A stretch of 64,000 nt of DNA, from positions 1-64,000 of the forward strand of contig JALMLS010000589.1 in the NCBI GenBank assembly GCA_038496445.1, given 5' to 3'. Below the pieces are notes generated by a model that did no database searches, was not told the DNA's origin, and was given only the letters and a program-made list of their open reading frames with translations. The position numbers and the translations under genes were made by a program. Origin of the DNA: Trichosphaerium sp. ATCC 40318. Taxonomy: Eukaryota > Protista > Tubulinea. Positions 1-14,254 of this stretch are shown here, piece after piece. How positions within the stretch are numbered: position 1 is the stretch's first letter; each line of letters opens with the position of its first letter.

Positions 1-444
1 TCAACAGCTTCGTGTATTTCATGGAACATGTCTGGAGGATAACGCCTGTATTTAGACATCTTCTTACTTTGGTTGTAACGCTCAACGGTCTCCTGCCAAC
101 GTTCGTTCAGAAGCGGAAAGCGGTAATTCAATGAGTTTGTTTCAGAACTTGTAACATCGGTAGAAACCTTCTGCGCAGGATCTCTAACGCGTTGGAATTA
201 ATATTAGGTAACTACAGTTAATTTAACCTTATAACGCGTACGTAAAACCGGTATTATATATGTCAATTATGTAAGACAGCGTTTTCTTGCGTCTTTTGGG
301 TTTAACTTCGTTTCTGTAAAACTCTGTGTCCAGCCAAAATAAAAACAGCCAGTCCTCATCAGTAGGTAATAAGGCCTTTCTAAATCGTAAACTGCGCGAC
401 GGGTCAACAAGTAGGAATGACCTTATACCGACTGTTTTTTCCAT
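1..444 (-). CDS. Hypothetical protein, 5' part (runs off the window start)
   Basis: ORF 229-444 (MEKTVGIRSF...IYNTG) is followed on the minus strand by a second open exon at about 185-1 (RDPAQKVSTD...PPDMFHEIHEAV). No recognisable domain. Confidence 0.45.
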
Positions 445-641
445 ACATCACGCGGCGGTATTGTGAATGCGCCGAGGTGCAAGGAAATTACAGATGTGTG
501 GAGTTATTACAATCACTAAACAATTGCGCTCAGTCCAACAGAGTCAAAACTTATTATCTGAGCATCCTAACGTACGTTGAGTGTTATTACGTACTTCCAG
601 TACACGTTAATAAACCTTATGTAACTATTTTAGTGTTAACA

Positions 642-3600
642 ATGTCGAACTTGCGTATTGTTGGCGTTGACGTTGGTGGTACATTCACAGATATAATTTA
701 CGCCGAAATTGGCACTTCGAAAGTTCATACTCATAAAGTCCCTACCACGCCCCAAGATCCTTCGATTGGTGTGGTAACGTACGCTGTGTTTCATTTCTCG
801 CTCTAGACATACCGTTTAAACCTTGCTTTTTTTGTACTCTAACCTTATTGTTATTAACCTCGCGAATTTAGCGGTATAAAGCAATTATGTGAGCAAAACA
901 ATATTCCATTGAGTTCTATCTCCCATGTAATGCATGGTACAACTACAGCTACCAACGCTATATTGGAGCTTGACGGGTACGCTTGTACTGAATTGGGCGT
1001 TGAGAAGTTATTTTTAAGATATCTTCAACAAAAAGCCTAAATTAAACCTTTACACATTCAAATTGCGCCAACAACACTGTTTCCTTTCGCGTTTTAGTTG
1101 TAACTTTCGAAAAAATTGCTGCTTTTCTATCTACTTCTATGTAGTATCTATTTTCCTGCATCCTAACGCATGTACCTTAGGTGCCGTACTGGTATGATCA
1201 CTAACGAAGGCTTTCGCGATATTCTACATATTGGTCGTCATCAACGGCCTCAACACTACTCTATTCAACAAGAAGTACCTTGGCATGACAAAATCCTAAT
1301 TAAGAGGCGCTTTCGTAAAGTAGTAAAACAACGACGTGCGCCTCCTACAGGAGAAGTTCTTGTACCTCTTGATGAAGAAGGAGTAAGAAAGGCTGCGCGT
1401 GAACTAAAAGAACAAGGTGTAGAGGTAAACCAAAGACAGAATTCCTTTGTTTTTTGGTTTTTTTTGACTTTTTGTGCTTTTTAGGCTGTTGCTGTTTGTT
1501 TCTTGTTTTCGTACTTAGATCCTACGGATGAGATAAGAGCTGCTGAGATTGTTAAGGTGAGTATTCTATAAGACCAGTCCACAGAAACAGATAGTTTTTG
1601 GTTTTTTTTTCTTTTTTTTGATTTCTTTGTCTGTTGCGGTTTTTTCACCTTGTTTGCAAGCTTAGCTTGTAAAAAATACTGTAGCATATTTTAATATAAA
1701 ATAGGAAGAATGCCCGGATATGTATGTTTGTTCTTCTGCCAATGTATCGCCAATGTTCCGCGAATTCGAGCGCTTCACTACCGCTGCAATGAACGCCTAT
1801 GTTGGACCTCTAGTATCCAAATACGTAGATAACCTACGTGACACACTGAGAAATAGTGGTATCACAGGTGAATTGAGAGTAATGACATCGAATGGTGGCA
1901 TTGCCACACCACAAATGGTAAAAACACTACTTTACTTTGCCATTATTTATTTTCTCACGTGTTAAATTCCTTTTAAAGGTTCGTGCAAAACCTGTTCAAA
2001 CAGTACTTTCTGGACCTGCCGGAGGTGTATTAGGAAGTGTTTGGATTGGAGAACACTGTGATAGACCAAACTTGATTACTTTTGATGTTGGTGGTACATC
2101 TGCTGATATTGGTATTATTAAAGACTTAAAATACGCTGAGGTAATGTAATATCAAGCTTGTTTTTTGTTTTCAGCAAGCAATGATATTCGTTCGCTTATT
2201 TTTTTATTTCTAGGCTTCTGCTCGTGATACTGAGATTGCAGGATTCCCTCTTATGATTACAATGATTGATATTCACACGATTGGCGCTGGTGGTGGTTCT
2301 ATTGCTTACAAGCACCAGAGCGGACAATTCAGAGTTGGTCCTCAGTAAGTTTACATTATTTCTGTAGACTCTCTTGCCAACAACGCTTTTAGATCAGCTG
2401 GATCAGTTCCAGGTCCTTCTTGTTATGGTAGAGGAGGAAAGAAGCCAACTGTAACAGATGCAAATGTAGTGTTGGGAAGGCTTGCACCAGAGAACTTCTT
2501 GGGAGGAAACATGACCCTTGATATTGCTGCAGCCAAAGCTTCTGTTGGCGGTTTAGCAAAGGAGATGGGTATCACACTTGAGGAATGTGCTTTAGGCATT
2601 CTTACGCTAGTAAACAGTAACATGGCGAATGCCATTAGGTACGATTAAGTGATTTCAGCAAGTTGTTAACAGACTTCATAAAAAAAGGTCCAAGACAGTA
2701 CAGAAAGGTATAGATCCAAGAGAATTTTCTTTAGTTGCTTTTGGCGGTGCTGGACCTCTTTCTGGCGTTGAAGTTGCTGCAAAATTACAAATCCCAGAGG
2801 TTATCATTCCTACATACCCTGTACGTAGCTTACTTTTTATGTTTTTGTTCAACCATTCGTTTTCTGAGAAAATTGTTGGCATGTGACCCCTTTTTGATCT
2901 TCGTACTTGAAAAATTATAGCGACACTCTAGTTTGGGCTAGCTACCATGACTGTGGACGTTTTATTGATACTTTGGTTGTTGCTGTAAAGCACTTTTGTC
3001 TAATGTTTTTTTTCTTGTTAGGGTATCACATCTGCTATGGGCTTGCTTACAACAAACCTTAAATATGATTCTTGTCGTACAGTTTTTGGAACAGAAGGTG
3101 GCATGAACTTTGATAAACTTAATGCTGATTATGAGGCAATGGAAAAGGAACTCAAAACGCTTTTGGTAGCTGATGGAGTAAAGGATGATTGCAGTACGAT
3201 AAATAAATACCACGTAAACTTTCTTAGAAATTAACTATCTGCTAGTAACATTCCACCGTGCTGGAGATTTGCGTTATGTTGGCCAAGGTTACGAGCTACG
3301 TGTTGCTGTACCTTCAGGAAAAATTGACGAAGAATCCATCAAATGTGTACGTCAATTATTATCCTCGTTGTCTTTTTGGTAACTTCTATTGTAGGTATGG
3401 AAAAACTTCTCAGAACAACATCTCGCTGATTATGGTCATATCCATGAAGAAAGCAATGTTGAGTTTGTCAATGCGCGTTTGGTAGCTATTGGTGACGTAC
3501 CAAAAATACAAGAATTAGAGCCTTCTCAAGTATGTACAATCCTGCTACATATTTAGTAAAATTAACAACCAAAAAGGCATCAAGTCAATTAAAAGACTCT

Positions 3601-6600
3601 GTCCTCAAGACTGCAAAAACAATCTTCAATGTCAATGGCATTGTAGAAGAGTTTGAAGTACGTAGTTTAGAACTAGCGCTACTAACATGTTCTCACACTA
3701 TACTAGACAACATTCTATCAACGTGTGAAACTACCTGTTGGTGTAGATATCAAGGGACCTGCTATCATCTGTCAAAAAGATACAACCAGCGTCATTCCAC
3801 CACTTTGTGTTTTCAACGTACGCTATCACTAGCAATTTCTACACTTTAATCTAACTACTATGAAGGTAGCTAAGGATGGAAGTATCATGATTAATACCAA
3901 AGAACTGTGTAAAGCTCTCGCTTCCTCAACAGACGTTACCAAGAATGGTTCGGATTTTTCTTTTACAATCAACCTTGTTCTAAAAACACTTGCCTATTTT
4001 AAGGTGCCATTGATCCAATTACTGCTGCTGTTATACAAGGTGAACTTGAGAATATTGCTATCGAGATGGGATACAAGCTTATGCGTATGTCTTACTCAAG
4101 TATCATTCGGGAATCAGAAGATTTTGGTGCAGCTTTAGTATCAGCTGATGGTCACCAATTATGCGAATCAAAACAATCCACACCTCTTCAAGTATGCCTA
4201 TCTCACGATTTATATATGTCACTCTAACGACACCACTTAGTGTGGACCTATTCCTGGTTACGTTAAGGGAATGTTAAAGATTCTAAAAGAGCGTAAACAA
4301 GAGATCAAAGAAGGCGATGTTTTTGTACATAACGATCCTTACGCAGGTACCCACTGTCTCATTATCCACTTGTTTGAACCATCTCTTGACAACTGAACTA
4401 GGAGCTAGTCACTGCCCTGATGTTGGATTCCTTGTACCTGTGTTTTACGAAGGTGAAATAATTGGATACTCAGCAACTACTGCTCATCATCTTGATATTG
4501 GTGTAAGCCTTTCATCGCGTTTTCTGTTTCTTTTTTTTTATTAATTATGATTTTGTTTTAGTCTTGTGCTCCTGGTTCTTGTGGTATTGTAGATGCTATT
4601 GATTCATACGCTGAAGGCCTCACACTTCGTGCTCTTAAAGTATATGATAAAGGCGTCAAAGTAGAACCAGTTTGGCAGTTTATGCGTGATAATATAAGAA
4701 CATCAGATATGGTTGTAGGAGACATGGAAGTACGTCATTATGTTGGCACTAATTATTTTATACAAAACCCGAAAACAGCAAAAGGTTTATCAATTTTTTG
4801 AGCACGTTTTTTTTATTTTGGATATTTTACAACATTTACTGCTTGTACAACCACTACAAGTATTTCTTTTTCATAATTTTCCTTGATGGTTGAGAACTAG
4901 TTAAAAATTATTTTCGAAAAGAAAGAAAATCCTCTTGTTGGTTGTTCTCTTCTATCAAGTATTTACTGTCTTTATATTAGGCACAAGTAGCTGCAGCTAG
5001 AATTGGAGCAGAACGTTACATTAAACTCGTAACACGTTATGGTAAAGATGTTGTTAATTCAGCATATAAATACCTTCTTGTATCATCTGAGAAGCTTATG
5101 CGTGATGCTATTCGTAAACTGCCTGATGGTAAGGTCTTTGTTGATAATTGTTTTTTTTGAACATCCCTTTGGTTGTGTTGCCCTTAACTTTGTTTTGTAT
5201 AGGCGAATACAAAGCTACTACTTATCTTGATGGATACGAGTACATTGATAAACCAAATTACCATGATTTGCCTCTTTGTGTTACCATTACAATTAAAGGA
5301 GATGATATGGTACTTGTTGCTGTTTACCTTTCTTGGACATGTCCTTCTCGCTTTATTTTATTTTATTGTCGCCGTATTACATACCTAGGACTAATATTAA
5401 CAATATAGATTGTCGACCTCGAAGGCACAGCTGATCAGATTGATGACAAACCTATCAACATGCCTTTCCATGTACGCTTGCCTCGATATTTTAAGTTTTT
5501 CTTTCAATTTTGTTTATTGAGTTACAAAACCTTACATATGATTTATAGGGTACCGTTGATATAGCCATTTGGTTGACTATAAGAAGTACACTTCTTGACT
5601 CTGATGTGTACGGATACATCCCACAGAACACTGGTTTATGTAAACCAATCCAAATTAAGGCTCCTTTGGGTACTTTAGTCATAACACTCGTAGCTTTGAT
5701 TTCTGTTTTATTAATATACTCCCTGTAGGTTGTCTCGCAAACCCAAAGTTCCCAGCACCTACAATTGCTCGTTTCTGTCCAGGTATGAATGCGTTAAAGC
5801 AAGTGATAATTTTTGTTAATGTTTTCTCAAAGGAAATCAGCTTGCTGATACTGTTATGAAGGCTTTGGCCCAAGCAGCTCCTGAACAAGTTTCTGGTGGT
5901 ATTGGTAACCTTAAAGTTATTTCTTTCGCTGGTATGAGACCTAACGAAAGCTCCCACTGGGTACACATGGAGATCTTTGAAGGCGCCTATGGCGGTAAGT
6001 TTTGTCCACTGTTTGTTTCAAAACGTGAGAGCTTACTCAGTTTGATTAGGGCGTTTTGGACAAGATGGTATGGATGCCATTGATACCCTATATGCTAATA
6101 CAAGAAACAATCCTATTGAGGATATTGGTACGTAATTTGAAGAAAAAGGTAAAAGATACTGTAAATTTACTTTTACCTAGAATCTCATTTACCACTTCGT
6201 GTTATGCGTTATGAACTCAGAACTGACCATGTACCTGCTGGAAAATGGCGTGGTGGACTCGGAGCTATTAGAGAAGTTACCTACCTATGTGATCATGCTG
6301 GAGCTTCAGTTGAAGGCGAAGGTACTGTGATACCAACTTTTTAACTCTTTTGTGCTAAAAACTTATTAGGTCACAATCACGCACCTTGGGGTCTTGCAGG
6401 CGGTAGTGATGGCGCTACTGCAAAGCTAACTTTGCGTGCTGCTGATGGATCCACTGAAAAGATGCCTTCGAAGATGGTATGGATTCTAGAAACGAAAAAC
6501 CGTTGTGGAACTAAGTTTCGTTTTTATAGGCATATAAATCAGCTGGTAAAGGAGATACATTTATTGTAACTGGTCCTGCTGGTGGTGGTTATGGTAACCC

Positions 6601-6876
6601 ACTTGAACGTGATCCAGAGAAAGTATTAAGCGATTTCTTGGATGACTATATAACAGTTGAAACCGCGAAGAAGGACTACTGTGTCATCATTGAAAAGGTA
6701 ATAACAAAAAACCCAAAGAACTCTTCTAAAAAAGGAAAAACCAATTCACCTTAGAACTCCGGTTCTTTCGTTTTATTGTAATTAAAATACTCCGGAATCA
6801 ATACTAAAATACACTGTAGGGTGCCGTTAATCATGATGCCACAAAAAAATTGCGTGCAGAGAGCACAAAAGCTTGA
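642..6876 (+). CDS. Fused N-methylhydantoinase A+B (HyuA-HyuB; hydantoinase/5-oxoprolinase family), about 29 introns
   Basis: Exons give [58 protein letters not shown] and AFGGAGPL (A subunit), then [65 protein letters not shown] and [14 protein letters not shown] (B subunit). ATG at 642, TGA at 6874-6876. Confidence 0.92.
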
Positions 6877-7771
6877 GAAAGAGGTAACAAAATAAACCAG
6901 AATTCTTCAAGTCAAAAAAAAAAGTTTTACTTCTTTCCTCAAGCACCCTTCACATATGGTACATTTTTAATTAATCTCTTATAATCGAGGGATATCTAAA
7001 AAATCTCTTGTTTTGGGTGAAAGTTTTAGTACGTGAACTATTTTCGACGTATCATGTGTTTGGAGCCATGCAGATAACAAGATTCCCAAACAGGAGTTTC
7101 TTTTTTCTTGTTTAAGTACATTTCCACGTGTTTGGAGTTTATTTTTTTGTACGTTCTTTAGCAACTACTGCACTACTGTCCAATTTACGGAATTACTTTA
7201 TGTACACCACCACAGCCGCCGCTACAAGGCGCCTTGTAGTTATCCACGTTAGTGTCATTAATTTTACGAAAAAGTTCGAGTGTTTGTTTAACTGTTTTGC
7301 GTTTTGGCGTTTTCTTCGTGTATGAACGTACGTACTCTAATTTATTTACCTGTTTGGCTTTGTACATCACAAAGAGAGTAAATTAACAGTTTTTAAAACC
7401 CCAATACAGCGAGAAATTGTGTTCTTCCAGAAAAAAAATTAATGGATTTAAAGTAAATCACGTGTCTTCGTCTTAAAGGTGCTTCATACCTTGTTGTCTA
7501 CCCGGAGTATTCTAGAATTATTTTCACTACATAATTTACTTACAATCTCCGCTTGTTACTGTGTCTTATTCTTGTCGATATAGTGTAAGCAACAAATCCA
7601 TAAACAGTTCACAGTTTGGATTCAAGTGTTTTTTTGCGGTTTTTTTTGTATTTTGTTTTTTTTCGTCTCAAGAAAAAAAAATCAATCAATTGATTCTCAT
7701 TTTCGTCTCGTTTAAACAAGTATAGAACAACAGCAGAGGGTGAAAATAAGTACATTTATACTATTAAAACA

Positions 7772-8945
7772 ATGTTTGGGCGTATAGAAGAACATACAGT
7801 CGTAAGATCGGTCCATGAAGCACAGCTAGCACAGACCTTATCAGGGGATGAAGAAATGGAAGAATCATGTGCTCTACCTCCTCCCGCACGTTTTATACAA
7901 CGCAGTACTTTTCCTTTAGGCCAAATACGTCTATCTGAAAGCTATGGTGCTGTAACAGCTACTCTGGTATCACCCAGTGTTCAGGTACTTCGGTTTTTTT
8001 TTATTTTGCATGTAATTACTTTGCTTTTTGATTGGGGATATTAAATAATTTTCGAAAAACTCAATAGACCTTTATGAAATTTTTTTTTTTTCTTCCAACC
8101 GTTTCTTGAAGTTCTTTCTGAAATAGGATACCTCCACATGGATTTTTTTTTTTGATTTTTTTTTTAAGGCGCCTCCGAAAAAGTTACCTGAAAACCAAAT
8201 ATATTGTGATGAAGATAGCTGCGCTTTATGTATAAGGCGTAAAATTGCTGATAAGTATAAAGGTACGCGAGAAACGGATAAATTCTATTTTTTTTGTTGA
8301 CGAAATAAATCTTTTTTTTTATGGTAATTCTAAGCCGCCATGATCGATTTTATCAAATCTTTTATACCTTTAACGCATACTATAACGATATATCGATTCA
8401 CACGCATATTGCTAAGGCGACCTCGATAAATATCAATCTCGGAAAAGAGTCTATTTGCTTTTTTTTTTTTCTTTTTTTTCAACAGCTTATTTGTTTGACT
8501 ATCTGACCTCGCTAGATGATCACATTGACGCTGTTAAATGGCAACGCATGGTCAAAGCCGCTGCTGTTCATTACACAAAGAAGTTTGAACATAAATCTAA
8601 GTGGTTAGTAAGAAGAAAGAAAAACAACTTTCTATCACGTTTAGCGCTTCCTTGAACTTATCTTTTTTGATTTTTAGGTCAATGTCCCTCAAATCACCAC
8701 AAAAATGGAAAAAAGCGCATGTCAAGCGTACAAGTAGACAGAGCTTAGTTAAACGTGGTATAACAAAGAAAAGAAAAGGATTTGAATCACAATTTTTAGC
8801 TCACTTCACATTTCCTTTGGAAAATGGTACTCAACTCGAAGCTTTCTTTTTTTTCAAAAAAACAAACTTTAATCTTTGTCACGTGATTTATTTACCAACC
8901 ACGTGTAGCATCAGTAAGAAAGCCTTCAGTTGGGAGCGAAAATAG
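7772..8945 (+). CDS. Hypothetical multi-exon protein with a CxxxxCxxC motif; 3' end uncertain
   Basis: Exons at about 7772-7985, 8169-8262, 8486-8602 and 8679 onward join in frame via GT-AG (..SPSVQ|APPKKLPENQIYCDEDSCALCIRRK..|AYLFDYL..KWQRMVKAAAVHYTKKFE). Confidence 0.5.
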
Positions 8946-9436
8946 ATTATCAGCGTTTGTAAAAGTTCCTAGAGAAGCAGCAATACTAGCACAACTCGCA
9001 GACGGACATTAAAAAAATAAGCGACAAAACACGGTTGGTTTATCATTTTTTTTTTCAAAACCAACAAAATACAGATCACGCGCATCTGTTTAGGCCTTTT
9101 TGAGGCTATTTTTTGTATCTATATAAAGTTGCTACTACGTATTGTCAGTTTACTGCAGATTTGAAGGTTGTTTAACGCTTTCAATTCACAATCATTGTAA
9201 ACCCACTCTGTACGTCATTTCTACGCAGAGAGATTACTCTCGGTTGCTTTCTAAGCGGATAGCAAAGATTCGCACGGTTTTTTCTTAACCGTTTTCTACG
9301 CTCTTAAATAGAGTATGGATCCACTCGCACTTGTGTGAGATATGATAGAGCAGTACAATAGAAATGTGCTTGATTAAGTTTTGTGCTGTGGTCTCAGCTT
9401 TTATCAGAACATACTAACAGTACTACAATTACAGTG

Positions 9437-12121
9437 ATGGGTAAGAAACTGTTATGTTGCGGCGTTTTTGCTGTAATTATCGGATTGTCCATTCCTCTTC
9501 TGTACCAAATGTATCAAGTACGCCAACTGTCTAGTTTACGCCCTGTGAGCCTGATAGCCACTGTTAGACTTCGCATTGGGCAGAAAAGCGCTGGCATCGT
9601 TGTTCAAGCCTTGGTGTACCGTACTTACTCGCAAAACGCTCTTGGCTACGCTCCAACGCTATTTTCGACGCGCCAACGATTGATAACACCAAACGGTTTC
9701 CTTTACCTCAAAAACCAGGAAATAAAGGCTACAAACACCGCGTAACAACTGGACACTTCAACGCTCCCAGTACGCAAAAAACAGACGAAATCAGAGAAAA
9801 AAACCACCAAACGACACTCTTTAGTTTGAAAGCATTTTTATCGTTCTTGCTTGTGGTTCATTCTAATCTCATATTCCCGAAAACAAAAAAAAATCAGTCT
9901 GATTTTTGGGTTTAAAACAGCCCGAATTGACGTTTTTATGACTTAATTTGGTTTAGATAACAAGTTTATGGGTGCTGTTGGTCAACCTCTTGCTCGTAAT
10001 TCAAATATATCTGGAATGCCGCGAGTAAACTTGGACATTAACGACCCAAGCCCTAAAAAAGTAGCTGAGGCATTTTTACATCGGAAGAAAAACTTTGACG
10101 ATCCTTCTTTAAGTACTGATATTGCGAACCTATGGGCTGCTGCTTGGATACAATTTATGATACACGATTGGGTACCAGCTCATTTGGTTGATAAAACAAG
10201 TTTCCTAAAGGTGGACGGGTACGCCAAAGACTTCTTAAGTCTTTCAGTTTTTTGTTATTAAATTTCTCTTTCTAGCAGGGACATGCTCTTCACGACTGAG
10301 TTAACTGATGAGAATGACGGAATTCCAGCTTATAGTAATAAGGTACTATTAAAGACAAAATTCTGATCATAAAAATACACGTGCTAAGCACGTGACTTCA
10401 AAGGCACCACATTGGTGGATGGGATCTCAGATTTATGGTACAAGTATAGAACAAGAGAAATCTCTTCGGTCACTTACTGATGGAAAAATGCGTGTAACAA
10501 AGAACTATATGCCTCTAGACCCTGATACAAATCTTGAACTTGTTGGTGCGGGTAGTCCAAACCTTTGGTTTGGTTTAACAATGCTACACTATATCTTCTT
10601 GCTTGAGCACAACCAGATATGTGATATGCTCAAAGAGAATAACCCATCTTGGGATGATGAAAGACTTTTTCAAACAGCGCGTCTTATCAATACAGCGCAG
10701 ATAGCAAAGATTCATACTATAGATTGGACTACTGCTATTGTACAAGTGAGTTGATTTAACATGTTTTTTTGAAATTAGCACGTGATTTACACGTGGGTTC
10801 GAAGAGGTTTTTTTTTTCTGATTTTTTTTATTTATTAAGCATCCAACTGGTCGTTTTGCTCAACACACTTTGTGGTCTGGATTTCTTGGAGGTTTATTAC
10901 CTTCCCTTGCTGAGAAACGTAAAAGCTTGGGTCCTCTTGATAATTCTTTGATGTGGGGTATTCCCTCCTCAGAGCAAAATACACAAGGAGTAAACTTTGC
11001 GCACACTGAAGAGTTTGTAAGGTGTGTTTAAAGAAGTGTTTTCCATCACCTTTCCTTCTTTTCTATGCTTCCATGGTAACGCTTATTTTTTTAAATAGCG
11101 TATATCGCTTCCATGCTCTTTTACCAGATGTCTTCAAACTTGTATCTCATAAAGGCAACCATGAGAAGATAAAGGTAAGTTCTGCTTTTTTTTTTTCTTT
11201 GAATTATTTTATTTCGCAATTTATTTTGGTTAAACTTTGAGTGTAGGATGTTAAAGCGGAAGACTTTATTATGGCCAAATCCTATTTACTCAATACAAAA
11301 CATCAAATAGATACTATTTACTCTCTTGGAGTTCATAGAGTCGGTCAACTGTCTCTACACAACTACCCTAAATTCTTAACAAATCTAAAAGTACCCGCAC
11401 TAAAGGATGCCATTGATATGGCTGCTGTAGATATTGTCCGTGACCGCGAAAGAAAGGTAAAGCTAATCTATACCCAGCACATTAATACACTAAATAATCG
11501 AGAATAACATGAACTCAGAAATTTCACAAGAAACGATTTTTTCGATTTAACTCAGATTTATCTTACTTTTTTCTTTTCTCGTCTTTTTTTTTGTACTTGT
11601 CTACAGTTACCTAACATAAAGTTTTCGTTTAGACACCTCGGTTTAATGACGTAAGGAGAGCTCTTGGATTAGAGCCGCTAAAATCATATGAAGAACTCAC
11701 TAGAGATAAAGATGATATCGAAACTCTGAAGGAAGTTTACGGCAAAGATGGTATTGAAAAAGTTGATTTAATTGTTGGAACTTTAGCTGAATCTAAAGTC
11801 CCTGGATACTTATTCTCTCCTACAATATATGCTTTATTCACAGTACAAACACAAAGACGTATAGAAGCAGATAGGTTCTTTACAGATGATTATAATGAAG
11901 ATGTTTATACAAAGGAAGGTAAACAATGGGTTGAAAGTTCCACTTTTAGAAGTGTTTTATTACGTCACTTTTCAAGTGATCTTTCTTCCTTTTTACCTCA
12001 AGGAAAGAATGCTTTTATGCCTTGGGATAAAGAAACAAAACCTGTATATGAGGATGTATATGGTGATATCTTAAAAACATTTATTTCTTATGATTGTTAC
12101 TTTGGAGAAGCTGACTACTAA
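9437..12121 (+). CDS. Heme peroxidase of the peroxidase-cyclooxygenase superfamily, alpha-dioxygenase (PIOX)-like, with N-terminal hydrophobic anchor
   Basis: Motifs AAAWIQFMIHDW (distal His), HWWMGSQIYG, DERLFQTARLINTAQIAKIHTIDWT, EEFVSVYRFHALLPD (Tyr plus proximal His), DIVRDRER, PRFNDVRR and RRIEADRFFT. Stop TAA at 12119-12121. Confidence 0.88.
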
Positions 12122-12472
12122 ATAAAAAAAAAACTTCAACATAAAGTTCACCTGATGGTTAAGACATACATTTCTATCAGCAATATTTCGCTAGACTTGT
12201 CTAGCCTTAACAAATCAAGCTTTACATTTCTTTCATACTTGTTGTACTATTTCCTTTCTAAATGGCGTTTGTGTGCCACATACAATTATGTTTTTGAGAA
12301 CCTTTGTTTTGGCTAAAAACACTTTAAAGTCGATTTGCAGGAGCTCTCATACATTATGTTTGCTTTTTATTATTCTTTGCTTTGGGTACAGAGAAAGTAC
12401 AATAAGGCATTATTTTAAGAACAAAAGCTTATCATATTGATAGCAAAAAGACTGAAGAAAGTTGCTACTAAA

Positions 12473-13401
12473 CAGGGCTGAAACTAAATAAGGCTTTTTT
12501 TACAAAAGCCATTTTTTTGCCACCAAATACAGCCTTATTTTTCATCAAATTGCCTTGTTTTTGCCAAAAAAAATGAGCAAATATGAGGCATTGCCTTGTA
12601 ATTTTGGGCTTTGGAGCCTCATATTTGGGCCAAATAGCAAGCAACTGGTTCACTAATTAGCCTTAAAATAGCCTGCATTGTTGGTCCAATAATGCCTCAT
12701 TTTTAGTGCAACAATGAGGCATTTTTGCCCTCAATTTTTGGGCATAACTCAGGCACCATATACTCATAAAACAAGGCTTTATATAGGCACACAATAGTGA
12801 TTCATTTATTAAAGTACAGTACACAAAACACAAAAAACTTCAATGTCCTCCATGTGAAAAAAATCCTTTAGCTAGAAAAAAAAATTAACAAATTATTGGT
12901 ATAATTTTCGCGGACTGGAAAAATGGTTTAAAGTACCTGTACTCCTCTTGTAGGTGCATTTGGGTGCTGCGGTTCGAATGGCGGCGGTTTCGTTAGAATC
13001 CATAAAATACTAAGCGCATGGTGACACTGTCTATATAAAACGTCAGTAGTAAATGAAAAAAATGTTTAGGAAGTGTTGGTGTGGTGGAAACTTACCTTAA
13101 ACCAATGTATCCTTAATGTACAATGTGTACACAACCAATGCCTAATTAGTGCCTGTAAATTTAAGGCTGGCAATGCATAAAAAAACTAGGGCAGGCATTG
13201 CCTAAAAAAAACAAGGCATTGCAACAATTAAGGCAATGCCCAACAAAAGCCTTATTTCAATGCTTGATTTTTGCCTTTTCTGCCATTGCCTTTGCAAGAT
13301 CAGGCATTGCCATTTTTTAATGCCTGATTTTTGCCATCAATGCCTGATTTTAAAAAAATGCCTTCATATTTAAGGCAAAGCCTTGTTTAGTTTCAGCCCT
13401 G
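12473..13401. mobile_element. Non-autonomous hAT-like element/MITE (about 930 bp)
   Basis: 25-bp terminal inverted repeats CAGGGCTGAAACTAAA(T/C)AAGGCTTT with 1 mismatch; dense subterminal GGCATT/AATGCC/AAGGC repeats at both ends; no real ORF. No matching 8-bp TSD (ctactaaa vs aatcacta). Confidence 0.85.
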
Positions 13402-13429
13402 AATCACTACCATCAATGTCACTGAAGTT

Positions 13430-13801
13430 TTAGTTTGAATCAGAGTCCACCCATTTACCATGCTCAAATACTTGTATACCAGGGATATTAACCTTTTTTT
13501 TCACAAACGACTGGGTAGATATCAATGTATGAATACCTTTCAATTCTTTGATCCCGTCATCACTAACTGCAGTGAAACAAACTCGAAGAGTATGAACACC
13601 AACTAGTGATTTGATCCCTTCATCAGTAACCATTGTTTTAGAAACATCTATCCAGTGTACACCAGCTAATGCCTTTATACCTTCATCAGTAACTCTAGTA
13701 GCTGATAGATCAATCTCATGTACACCAGACAACGCTTTGATACCTTCATCTGTAACTGAAGGACAGTGATTCAATTTGATGACATGTACATTTGCTTTCA
13801 C
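13430..13801 (-). pseudogene. LRR gene fragment of the GVHTIxLxxTxVTDEGIKAL family, lacking an F-box and an in-frame ATG (locus A)
   Basis: About 4.5 LRR units; an in-frame TAA lies just upstream of the GTG; the ORF ends 28 bp from the MITE terminal repeat. Confidence 0.65.
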
Positions 13802-14254
13802 TGCAATTGGTTACAGTATTATGGGTCTTGGAATCCATTTTCGGGTCTGTTTGCGTCGTGAAGGTTTAGTGTTCGCTCAAGAGTTGCAAAATAAGTTCAC
13901 AAGTGAAATAAAACAACTTAAACCATTAAAAATTTACTGGAGTCAATCCCAACTTCACTAAGAGCATTCGCTCGAAGAGTATCTAAAGCCCGTAGTACGA
14001 AAAGAGACTTGAGGGTTTTGTATCACTTGCAATTTTCAAAAATGCCAAATTTATGGCAGAGCTGGGCGTTTGAACATTCTTTGCAGTCCAAAAAAGTCTT
14101 TACCTATTCTTGTTGACAATTGTCACTTACGTCGCCAACCTTCCGTACTCCAAACACATAAAACCTTGTAGAGCGCATTATTAATAGATTTGTACTATAA
14201 ACATAGAACGTGTGCAATTGTTAACAAGTAATTCTTCGGCTTTTATTTATCTCT

